Source: Zygnema circumcarinatum SAG 698-1b (lineage: Eukaryota > Plantae > Zygnematophyceae). From it: 64,000 bases of DNA. The position numbers were made by a program, and so were the translations under genes. Of this stretch, positions 17,497 to 28,508 are shown piece after piece. The notes beneath the pieces were generated by a model. The model was given only the letters and a program-made list of their open reading frames with translations. It was not told where the DNA came from and searched no databases. Positions within the stretch are counted from its first letter, which is position 1; each line of letters opens with the position of its first letter. Location of the stretch: contig CM074804.1 in NCBI GenBank assembly GCA_037447605.1, positions 3,635,909 to 3,699,908 on the forward strand, written 5' to 3'.

Positions 17497-17746
17497 AATA
17501 AAAGGCTCCATAGTAAGGTCTGGCGATAACAAGCGGATGCCATTTGGGCTGTTCTCACAGTGTGAACATGAGAATGGTTCGATGCTTGCACTGTCGCTCT
17601 TGCTCGGCCTTTGCCGTCAGTGCCTATGCTGAGGAAAAAGTCACTTTGCTGTTCAATGTGGGTCTTCTGAAAAGTGCGAGAACAGCAACGAAACCAAGCG
17701 CAGCGCATTTAGTTGAGAGAAAATCTCTTCAAATCTCTGAAACTCG

Positions 17747-17965
17747 AAACCCTGAACCTTAAACGGTGAACCCTAGACCCCAAACCTTCAATCCTAAACC
17801 CTAAACTGTCCACTGTAAATCCCAAACCCCCAACCCTAACCCTAAATTTTACACTTTAAAACCCTAAACCTTCCAGCATTAATTTCCAAACCCGAAACCC
17901 AAACTCTTAACCCTAAACCTCTACCATAAATCCAAAATCCCAAACCCTAAACCCTAATCACTAAA
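17747..17965 (+). repeat. Degenerate interstitial telomere-like repeat (AAACCCT)n, about 30 units
   Basis: About 7-bp periodicity (aaaccct gaacctt aaacggt gaaccct agacccc aaacctt caatcct aaaccct ...) with five exact CCCTAAA units. This is the complement of the plant-type TTTAGGG telomere repeat. Confidence 0.85.
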
Positions 17966-18076
17966 TTGGTTAAAATGGTTTGTTTCTTGAGCGGGTTTCA
18001 TGGCAAAACTTGGACTCAAACCCGCGCTCTGTGCGAGGAAGCAGTCCCAGTTACCGTTCAAAATCCGTCCCTCTCG

Positions 18077-18486
18077 CACGTGTGAGAACGGGCTGTGAGT
18101 GGAGGGTCACCCCAATGCGGGGAGCCAATCGCAGTCCGATATCACACGTGTGAGGCGACCCCCGGCCCTGCCCGGCATACGAGGCAGGTGCACGCGAGCC
18201 GCGGCCACCAGTTCGCCTGCCCGCCTCCCAAACCTTTCGCTGCCCGCGCGCTAAAATGTTTTGCAGGTTGCCAGGAAACTGCCCGCACCTCTCATTCTGT
18301 TTCTTTCGCCTGCCCGCTCGCTCTCTCGGGCTGCCCGGCCGCGTCAAAACGAAAATTTGTCGGAACAACGTCCGTATGCCGTCACGTGTCCCCGGAGGCG
18401 CCCTCGCAAGGAGGAACTGGTAATTTTTTAGCACTGCCCAATTGTACCAATAGCGCCTCGTCACGTGTAACATTGGTATACGTGGC
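18077..18486 (+). promoter_or_regulatory. G-box/ABRE cluster upstream of the BOU-like carrier gene
   Basis: CACGTG at 18077, 18145 (inside the palindrome TCACACGTGTGA), 18383 (CACGTGTC) and 18462, plus ACGTGGC at 18480. Several CCAAT/ATTGG boxes are interspersed. The cluster lies 220-630 bp upstream of ATG 18708. Confidence 0.6.
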
Positions 18487-18707
18487 GAAGTTTCATTGGT
18501 TGATGGCCGACACTCGCGTGCAGTGGCGCATTGCAGGCTTTGACAAATGATCCCGCCCTCCGTTCTCTGCTTCATATGTTCCCTCTCCCTCACCCTCTCC
18601 CTCTCCCTCCCCTTCTCCCTCTCCCTCCGACACTGCACCGCACGAGAAGGCAGGAGCACTACCGGTGCTCGTTCTCCTTAGAACGGAAGGCCGCAGGCGG
18701 GGCAGCC

Positions 18708-21700
18708 ATGAGCTCCTCCGGCAATGCAGGGACTGTGGCGAAGGACCTGACAGCCGGCACCCTTGCAGGGGTGTGTCAGCTCATTGTGGGTCATCCCTTT
18801 GACACGATCAAGGTGAAGCTTCAGGCGCAGCCACGGCCGCTTCCCGGGCAGCCTCCCATGTACGCCGGCGCAGTGGATGCTGTCAGGAAAACAGTAGCAG
18901 CCGAGGGCTTGCAGGGGCTCTACGCCGGAATAGGACCTCCCCTTGCGACAGTGGCTGTTTTCAATGCAGTGCTCTTCACGGCCAGGGGGCAGATGGAAGC
19001 TCTATTGCGAGACTCCCCTGGAGCCAGCTTGACTATTGGGCAGTCGCTTATAGCAGGGGCAGGAGCAGGCTTTGCGGTGACGTTTGTGGCGTGTCCGACT
19101 GAGCTTGTCAAGTGCAGGTTGCAAGCTCAAAGCGCCATGGCGACGCAGGTTAGTTCGGTTGAGGAGCATTAGTGCTATTCTGATTATTTTCATTTTGATT
19201 AAAGAGGAAATGCAGTCTTTTTCCTGTTTGACGTGAGTTTTTTTAGTATGGAATTGTGAGGGCTTGTTTGTTTATTCGTGGGTGACAGAAAAATTCCGGA
19301 CTTCTGGATTGCATTTTTCAAATTCTTTAAAATTATTCTTTTGCAGGTCGCTTTTGCTGAACTGTGTAACTGATGCACGGACCGTAGCACTAGAATGGAA
19401 TGTAGCCTTGTTAGAGCTCTCTCCCTTATCTTTCTGTGCTTGATTTTCCCTCTCGGCAGGGAGATATCACGGATTGCAGCTGTATTTCGGATGATGCTAT
19501 GTGTCAAGATGCCAAATAAGGTCGTGTGCTACCGCTAGCTTTTCTCTTGCTTCAATGGCTGACTTTGATTACCTCCGTGTAAATCTTTTGTGACGGTAGG
19601 TGGCAGGTGCAGTGGAGGGCCCAGCTCTTGCAGCGGCAGGATTGACAGCTAGCTCAACCGGGGCGGCTGCAGAGGTGGGAAAGGCGCTCAAGTACAGGGG
19701 GCCCATGGATGTCGCTCGGCAAGTCGTTCAATCGGAGGGCGGAGTTTTGGGTCTATTTAGAGGGTTGACACCTACTCTCCTCCGTGAAGTTCCTGGTAAT
19801 GCAGCCATGTTTGGCGCCTACGAGTTGACAAAACAGGTATGAGCAGTTTGAGGTCTTACGTAGGAGCTGATTTCACAAATTCTTTGTAGAATGAAGGAAG
19901 ACTGCCAGACGTTTCTCCACCTGGTTGCCGGTTTGTGTTCGTTATGTCATAACAAGTGGACTGTGTCCATATTTATAGAAAACGTATGAAGCTGACCAAA
20001 CAGTACGTCTGGTTGAAAAAACTTTTAGCTTCCGAATTCAACTCAGCTGCATTTCTGCTGTGAGAGCTTGCGACGCTCAATGGGAAATCGTTGAAGGTTG
20101 AGTAAATAGCCAGTGATTTTTCGTGAGGATACCCGCAAAGGAGACAGGTCATTGCGCCTCTACATTGATACAGCTTGATGTAGATTAGCCAATTTTGAAA
20201 AGTAGGTCACGTTGCCTGGCGTTTATCACATCTTGACTGATTGACTGCAGGGAAAGGGTCAACTCATCACTAAGTCAAGTCAAGAAAAGAGTCTTCAAGG
20301 CAGCTTTGTGCTTTGCTTAAGAAGTACTTGGATGAGCAGTGCAAAAAACTGTACATGAACTTCACGTCACTTTTTATGTAATTGGCTGCGAGAGGGAAAT
20401 TCGCTGCATTACTCTTGAAACTAGTTCAATAAACACGGTTCATCCGCTGCCGATGCTCCGGTGAAAGTCATTTACATGCCTCCAAACATCAAACAGCTCT
20501 GTATAGTTTTGTTGCGAATTGGGACTGAAACTGCCCAAAGTACGTCATGAGTGCATGTATGACGTATAGCACCGTAATGAAATTCACAACAAGCACACTC
20601 TCCTTTTTTTCCATGACTGTGTCCTTCTGTCAGGCACGTAGTACCTGTGTCTATGTTCATCTTCATAAAACCAGCATGAAGCCATTTAGTCATGCATCTG
20701 GGGTTGTTCATATAAAAGCGGGAGAGACCAGTGTTCTGAAGTTGACATGACTTTACCAGTAGAACACGTAAACTATGAATCATTTAGATACTCTTTCTTT
20801 ACTTTACGCAGAAATCATCCACTTTTGTTGTGACATACTTCAGCTATTTGTATGCCTTCACATCTATCTCAAGGAAGGACCGAGAGAGAAAATAGCATCA
20901 AATATTACTCGAAGTTTACAATTGCACTGAACGTAGACGTCTGAAGTACAGGCTCAACTCTATATCTTGTCTTGATCATGCAGCCTCACCACTTCAGAGT
21001 AAGTCAAGTGCCGACCACGTTGACCTAATGGAACCTTATCTTTCATTTAGTTCTGACTGCTGCATCAGTGAGTCAGTGTCGATAGTGCCTGAAGCCAAAG
21101 TGATCTTTGTTGAGAATTGTTCTCTTCATCGATTATGCCTCTGCTTGCCTATGTCAACAAACTGCAGAATCAGCCAAGGAGCTTATGACGATATGATAAC
21201 TTTCAAGGTCGTGGGTGTTCCCTGCAGGCGCTGGCTGGAGGACGTGACACCTCCAAGCTAAGCAGGAGCCATTTGCTGGTGGCTGGTGGTGTGGCGGGAG
21301 CCTGCTTCTGGGCGTCTGTATATCCGACTGATGTGATTAAGAGCATGATTCAAGTGGATGATTATAAGTGAGTATTTGTCAAAGGATGTTCTCGCTCTTA
21401 ACATATAAACCAGGCCTTTCCAAGGTCGTCTCTTAGCTTGAAGCATATCTCTGCCGCAACTCGAGCATCTATGGAAACCTCTGTAGGGTCAGTGTGAATT
21501 ACATTATCGCTGCACAGCACGCCCTCATTTTGAAGCTCTTCCTGCCCTGCTCCTTCGCCTACCAAGTTTTCCACCTTGTCGCCCTCCTGCTTCGGTAGCA
21601 TCTGCTTGCATTCAGACTGGGTTCACTACGACTGCATATTGATGTTTTGATGCGGCCGCCTTGCAGAAATCCGAAGTACAAAGGCACCATGGATGCCTTC

Positions 21701-21829
21701 AGAAAGGTCTGGGCTACTGAGGGACTCTCTGGCTTGTACCGCGGCTTTGGACCTGCTATGGCTCGGAGCGTCCCGGCCAACGCCGCTTGCTTCCTTGCTT
21801 ATGAAGTGGTTCGTGAAGCCCTTGGGTAG
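18708..21829 (+). CDS. BOU: Mitochondrial carrier family protein, A BOUT DE SOUFFLE (carnitine/acylcarnitine carrier-like), 4 exons
   Basis: Exons at about 18708-19148, 19600-19836, 21228-21368 and 21667-21829. Three MCF repeats carry the Px[DE]xx[KR] signature (HPFDTIKVKLQ, CPTELVKCRLQ, YPTDVIKSMIQ). The C-terminus GFGPAMARSVPANAACFLAYE is typical of the BOU subfamily. Confidence 0.92.
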
Positions 21830-22800
21830 AGAGTTGTCCTATCTCTGTAGATCGATTATACATTGCTTTAACTTTGGCTGCGCCAATTTTGTAGCGCTTC
21901 GCTCAATGTAAAGGTTGGCATTGTCGGAGCACTCTTTTGAAGTCAACTGCAGGGAAGGCTCTCTGGAGTACCAGAGTTTGGAGATCAGGAGGTCAGTTGT
22001 CAGATAGAAGCATCCGATTCAATGTGTGTTGTAATTTTTCGATTTCGCGTCTAGGGTGTGGAGCTGTCTTGTTCATTCTTTGGGGCGCAAAACAGGGCTC
22101 CGAGTTGGAAGGAGTAGGCTCCTTCCCTTCATTGTTTTCTTAACAAATATATACCAATTTGTTCCCTATAGTAAGAGCGCCCAGCGTGCCTTGGTGTTCT
22201 CCATGTACTGGGAGACTGCTTCGATAGTTGTGGCACCGAACCTGGTCGCGGAAACTTGAAACCTCTCTGTAGCGAGTTGTTACCCGAAGTTTTGAGTCCC
22301 ATGGACCAACACCCAGCAACCAATAAATTCTGGTGTCCTCAAATTCTGGAAGAAACCTAGTGTCAATTCATTAGGGGGCTTCAACCTTACAAAATCTTCC
22401 ATCAATGGCTTCCATCAATGGAAGCAAAAACATCCCTAAGTATGAAAACGAAAACGAGTAATAGATCCCCGTTACCGTGGAATGAACTCTCACATTTATC
22501 ATTGCGCCCTAGTCAAGGAGTTGCATACAGTAGCCAGCAATTTGGTTTCAGTAAAGAAGGAAGTGCCATTGATCTCACGATGGCGTTGATCCCACCGTGG
22601 GAATATTTCCAACGCTTGGGGAAGGCCGAGGCGCGCCCCGCCAAAGCGGACGAAGTCGCCGGTCGGCAGTTGGACCCCGCCCGCCAGCGTCGCGTCGCCG
22701 GCCGTCGCTGCGGCCTCCTCCATTGCTGGGGCTCTCACTCTCTCACTCTCTGCCCGCCCGCTTTGGCCCCCCTCCACTCTCGACAGGAAAGGCGGTCGCC

Positions 22801-25800
22801 ATGACCAAGGAAGTGGAGATGGCGGACTCTGAGGCTGCCATTCCGAAATCGGATGCGGCGCAGAAGGAGACGCAGAAGACAGAGGCGACCAGTGCTCTCG
22901 CGGGTAAGTAATTGCCTCTCCGACACGAAAATTCAGCGCACCAATACCTTGGCAACGTGTGCAGGAGGCTCGACCAGAAATCCTTGGTGTCTTGGTAATG
23001 AAGTGAAAGTAGGGCAGCTTAAAAGGGAATCGAGTCTCATAAGCTTGTAGGTCTACAATACGGAGATTTTGATCATGAGTAATGACGTCAGAGGAGGGTG
23101 AGATTATGAAGGGATGTGATTTTATGTGCAATTATTGGTAGATTTATGACTTTTGGAGGCAGACATATATGTTTTGAACATGCAAGAAGGGTCATGTTTT
23201 GCAGATCTCAACAGCATAGCTTCGTTGATTGAAAGAGCGGTGGCACAGAAGGAGATACGCCTTATGGCGCGTTCCATACGCCTCTTGATGGCAGTGCGGC
23301 GCAAGCTGACTGCCCAGAGCCTCTCTGTCTTTGCGGCCTCTGTGCTTCCTCCTGACTCGGAAGTTCGAATATGCTTGCTGAAGTATCTTTCAGAAGTAAG
23401 TTTCATGTTGAGACGGTTCTGGTTTGGTTTAATTTCGTTTGAATGGCCTTCTACGAAGGAGGCTTCCCAGCAGGGAATTTTGTTTGGAAAGGACTATGCC
23501 AGTTTTGCCCTGTTCACGAAATTAGGTTTTGCACTTGTCACTATGGCCGAGAGGCCTGGGATGTACATCTTCTCGCTTTGTATCACGTTCAATGCCGAGA
23601 CCACGCGGACCGGATGGTTGTCAAACGTGTCCTACAGAAGCCATTTGGCTTGCACCATGAGATTAATTATATTCACCTCTAGCTATTCATGCACCGCCAC
23701 TGATAAGGAGCCTCTCACGTTTCACCGCACATGAGATTGATTGTCTGCACCTCTAGCTATTTATGCACTGTCACAGACAAGGAGCCTCTCAGGTTTCACT
23801 ATTGAAATTTACTCGTGTATGCTAAAAAAATGTGAGTTAATACGCTCACAGTTTCGAGCGATTGTTGAGAAATTGTTTAACAGACTGATAGTATAGCTTA
23901 AAGTGGATGACGTGTGCCTCAGGATTCCAGTGAGATGGAGGTAGATGGTGATGTGCCGGCCTCTTCCGACGCACGTCCGCATCATAAAGTTGGAGCATTA
24001 CCCGAGACTGAATGCTTTGTACAACTTGTTGTCCTCATCTTTCTCATCGACAAGAAGCGTTTAGAAGAGGTAAGGGTAACCTGGAGAGCAGGTAATTTCG
24101 AGTCGTTCTTCTAAACGGAGTTTCTTGTTGTTCAGCTAGTTGGAAAAGTCTGACTGCGGACAGCTAGAAGCTCCATGGAAAGTTCACCCATATATATAGT
24201 GCAGATTTACTTGTTTTCCAAACTCTTTTGTGCTTGCAATTTTAGGTCAATGAGGTCACGTTGTTAGTACCTGTATTCATTCACAATGTTTGGATGCCAA
24301 CTGCCGAATCGATCTCAAAATGTTGTCATGATAAGGCAGAGTAGGCTTCCGTGGCATCATTATTCGTTGCCATAAGCTGACTGTGCGTAGTTTATTACCT
24401 TCATTAGTAAACACTGTGAAGTTGAATCCTCTTGCGGTTCCTTACATCTTGTCTTTTTTATCAGCGTTTACTATTTCTTTCTTCAGACTGTTCTTACGGC
24501 TTGCTCGCTTTAATGGGTTAGGCAAAAGAATGCGCTTCAGCAGCTGTGAAGCAGTTACAGAAATTTAATCGAAGAACTCTCGACCTCCTGGCAGCACGAC
24601 TCCTCTTTTACTACTCCTTAGCGTATGAGCGCACGAATTCTCTTGCAGAGATCCGCAGGTATCTGTCCGCAACTTTTTAGGATGGCATCCCTTATTGATG
24701 TATCGCCTGCTTATTAAAATAGTTGTGTATGGTGTAATTGCAGTGTCTGAGAATGTCTATCTCCTCTCATTCATAACTGCCAGGAAAGTCTCTTTTCTCA
24801 GAGGTCACAATGGTGCAGCTCAGAGTTAGCTTTAAAAAATTTCTATGCTGTTTTTTTTTTGAAGCACCTTGCTGGCGCTGAATCGAACGGCAACGTTACG
24901 GCACGACGAAATTGGGCAGGTAATTGATTTTCTCCAACGCTGAACGTTTTTACCCTTACATTGAATGCGCTGTCGGTTCTAATTTCGTCATTTAAGCGAT
25001 TCAAGCCTCTGTTGAAGTGAGGCTGTGAACTTTACTCAGGACTTGGGGAGTGCAGGAGACCATCTTGAACTTGCTTTTGCGAAATTACCTAGACTATAAC
25101 CTGTACGATCAAGCTGAAAAACTTCGCTCGAAAGTGCAACGCCCAGAATCACACTCGAACCAGCAGGTGAGAAGTTGAAGCCATCACGTCGAGTGAAATT
25201 AGGCACAACATTTTCAAGTTACAGAAGTGGCCTAATGTATAGCGGAGATAGTGCCCAATTGAAACTTTGCTTATTCGATTGTGTGTGTTTGCCCATGCTC
25301 AGTACTGTCGGTACCTCTACTACTTAGGTCGCATACGAGCCATCCAGCTGGAGTACACGGATGCAAAGGACTGCCTTTTACAGGCCGCTCGGAAAGCTCC
25401 ACTAAAGGCTCGTGGATTCCGCATAGCTTGCACCAAATGGGCAGCTCTTGTACGCCTGCTGTTGGGAGAAATCCCAGAGCGCACAATTTTTATGGTTCCA
25501 GGAATGCGCGCAGCTCTGTATCCCTATTTTGAGCTTACAAACGTAAGTGCATATTCCGATGTTTTCTGCTTATTGTTAGGAATAGTACTTTTGAGGCTTC
25601 AGATTGATTTGGGCGATGCTTTATAGTCTGGCAAGGACGCAGTTAGCTCATTGGACAGAGGGCGAGGTTGATTGTCCATAGGATTGTCATCTATGAATTC
25701 ACCTGGAGCCGTAATTTTCTTGGAACTTATGTAAGAACTTCAGTGGGGGGGGATATTCGTGCACTGGAATTCACCAATTACAAGGGATGGACTGCAGGCT

Positions 25801-26992
25801 GTACGCATAGGAGATCTGGAGCTGTTCCACACAGTTGGAGAGCAGTATGAAGCAGTCTTTCAGCAGGACCGAACCCTCAACCTCATTATTCGCCTGCGCC
25901 ACAATGTGATCCGCACAGGCCTTCGACGGATCAATGTTTCATACTCTAAAATTTCGCTGGCTGATGTTGCAGCCAAGCTTCACCTAGAAACTCCAAGTCC
26001 TGTGGATGACGCGGAGTCAATCGTGGTCAAGGTGAATTGTAGTGTGGCTGTTGCAGCTTTAGTTCAGTGATTTAAAAAATAGCTTTCAAATGATATAATA
26101 CTCCATTTAGCAGAATTTTTGCAAAGGCCCATTCCACACTTCTGTGACCTGTGGCAAGGGCATGAGCGTTTTGGAGGGGCTTAGGTCCAAGATTCTGCTT
26201 ACAGCTTCTTTTGAGTTCCAAGATCGGTTGACTTCGTAATTTGGCCTTTCTTGAGTTTTCTCGTCAATTCTCGGATGTAGTACTCAATATGTGAACTTTT
26301 GCGGTGGACTGCAGGCTATTAGTGATGGTGGAATCGATGCCGTGGTGGATCATCAGGCCAGCTGGATGCAATCCAAGGAGACGAGCGATATCTATTCCAC
26401 TGTTGAACCGCAAGCAGCCTTTCATTCCCGTATCGCTTTCTGTCTGAATACTCACAACGAGGCTATCAAGGTGTGTGTCTTGCTGCCAGTCGCTAGTTCG
26501 TATGACACTCTCTTGGCAGTGAAGGCCTTCTGGTTACTGGATGCTCTTTGCTGATGGTGTTCAATTCCTGAGGTTCCTTTGTCCTTGGTTCATCCATGTG
26601 AATCAGGGGTTTGAATCCTCGTCTGTAGACTATTTGAGAGAGACAAAGGCTACACCATTAGTTGAGGGTTCTAAGCGCGTGCTGCTGGGAATCAAACTGT
26701 TGTATAGACAAAGAAGTAGGCAACTACACTTTCAGCTGCCGCTGCAGCTGCAAGGCACGGATTGCAAGCATCTTAATGACAAGCTCGCATTCTTTCACTA
26801 TTCTTCCTATGGTTTACCGGACGTTCTGTTTCAAGTGTTATTTACTCGGATGTGTGCCCATGGCAGGCCATGCGCTTCCCTCTGGATGCCCATCGGGAGC
26901 AGTTGGAGAGTGGGGAGAAGCGGAGGGAGCGGCAGCAGCAGGAGCACGAGCTGGCAACGCACATTGCTGAAGAGGATGGCGATGACTTTTGA
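22801..26992 (+). CDS. RPN3: 26S proteasome non-ATPase regulatory subunit 3 (lid subunit, PCI domain)
   Basis: Exons encode MTKEVEMAD..., [146 protein letters not shown] and AMRFP...[14 protein letters not shown], with stop TGA at 26990-26992. Confidence 0.95.
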
Positions 26993-27240
26993 GGGTTTTA
27001 TCCGGCAGCGGGGTGGGGGTGTAGGGCGGGCAGAGTCGGTACATGGTGTATAGGGTTCGCATCTCGCCATTCCCCCTGTCAACTCTGCTGCTCTCCCACG
27101 AGCCACGGGACAAGGGCTGCTCCGGTGTCCACTGGGGGATAGTGGAAGTGGAATAAGACGCGAAATTCCCAGCCTTTGTTGGAGCTTTGAGTATAGTCCC
27201 TCTCATTTTTTTTTTTTTCCTTTTTTTTTTTTTTTTTCGT

Positions 27241-27427
27241 TGAAGGGACTGGAAAGGTTGCGAGCCTGGTCTGTGGCAATGGTGTGATGGACTCTTTTTT
27301 CTTGAAAAGCACGAGCACGAAATTCATTGTGGAAGCAAGACGCATTGCAACAGAAAGAAGGCCGATTGTGTAAAGCAAGTTTCTTCTGCGATCAATCGTC
27401 TCCTAGTCTCTCCGACAGGGCGGTCCA
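27241..27427 (+). repeat. 187-bp direct repeat, copy A (preceded by T-runs at 27206-27237)
   Basis: Aligns without indels to 28322-28508, with 16 substitutions by hand count (about 91% identity). Confidence 0.9.
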
Positions 27428-27900
27428 GGCAGGCGGGCGGGCGGTTGTTTTTTCCCTTAATTCCATTTGTGGACCTTTCAAATCAGAAAAATATAAGGTA
27501 TTTTTTTCAAAAATATCAAAATCAATTTCTCATGACCGTTGCACTGCCAACGACGGCGACACGTGGCGGCCCGTGATTGATCCACATGTCAAGTCTTATT
27601 GCCGTGCAAAATGGGCTGTGGTATTAGCACGGATGATAACTACAGGGGGTCCTCGTCATATTTTCCACCTGGTTTCGGCAAATACCGGACGAAAATATTG
27701 TTTTTGGCAAATAGAAGGTCCGTGTTACCAATAGGGAAAACTTTCATTGAACTCGCGATGGCGAGGCCATCAAATGTACATGGACAAAGGCAAAATGTGG
27801 AACCACGGACTGGTCACAAAGGACCGAAACACAATAAAACGAAGCTAGGAGCGACCAATAGGCGAGCGGAACAATGTTAGAGTTCATGTATGACCGTACG

Positions 27901-27965
27901 TATCGTATCGTATCGTTTTCTGTAATATCGTAGCGCATTGGTTTGTATCGTATCGTATCGTATCG
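27901..27965 (+). repeat. (TATCG)n pentanucleotide microsatellite, two blocks
   Basis: (TATCG)3 at 27901-27915 and (TATCG)4 at 27946-27965. Confidence 0.85.
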
Positions 27966-28321
27966 ACGCCAAGACGAAGGGGAGAAGAAGCCGCCTCTTA
28001 CGGCGGCAAGTGCGGGGAGATTAGGTGAGTTTTGGGGACGCGTGTCGTATCTAGATGCTCAGCTTCTTGCCGTCGAGGTTTGGATGCGAGGCTTGAAGGC
28101 CTGACATTCAGAGATGATGTGTGCAGACGAGGAAACCTAGTAGGGATTACAGGGGTCCGAATGAACTGCAATGCACGTGAATTCCGATCTTTTTGGGTCG
28201 TAAGGTATGCATATGGTAACACTCCCGCGGTGTCACGGCAGCATGTGCATGTTTTGTGTATTACTTCCAGTCGTCGTTTCGAATCATATTACACATCTCA
28301 TTCATCTATTCATCTATTCTA

Positions 28322-28508
28322 TGAAGGGACTGGAAAGGTTGCGAGCCTTGTTTGTGCCAATGGTGTGATGGACTCTTTTGTCTGGAAAAGCACGAGCACG
28401 AAATGCATGGTGGAAGCAAGAAGCATTGCAACAGAAAGAAGGCCGATTGTGTAAAGCAACCTCCTTTTGTACACAATCGTCTCCTAGTCTCTCCGACAGG
28501 GCGGTCCA
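28322..28508 (+). repeat. 187-bp direct repeat, copy B, inside the inverted-repeat-bounded element
   Basis: About 91% identical to 27241-27427. Confidence 0.9.

Noticed and set aside
17576-17586. tRNA B-box-like GGTTCGATGC
   Set aside because: No A-box, acceptor stem or cloverleaf can be formed. It lies in the probable 3' UTR of the CFM2-like gene.
17747-17965. Telomerase RNA gene or a true chromosome end
   Set aside because: The tract is long, degenerate and flanked by intact genes, and I recognised no USE/TATA type-3 promoter or short template context.
18051-18659. Long ORFs on both strands upstream of BOU
   Set aside because: Explained by the stop-poor GC-rich promoter and a CT-rich 5' UTR.
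27241-27427. The repeated 187-bp unit as an snRNA, snoRNA or tRNA-derived SINE
   Set aside because: I see no resemblance to U1-U6, U3 or SRP RNA, no intact C/D boxes and no Pol III A/B boxes. It is kept only as an unexplained repeat.
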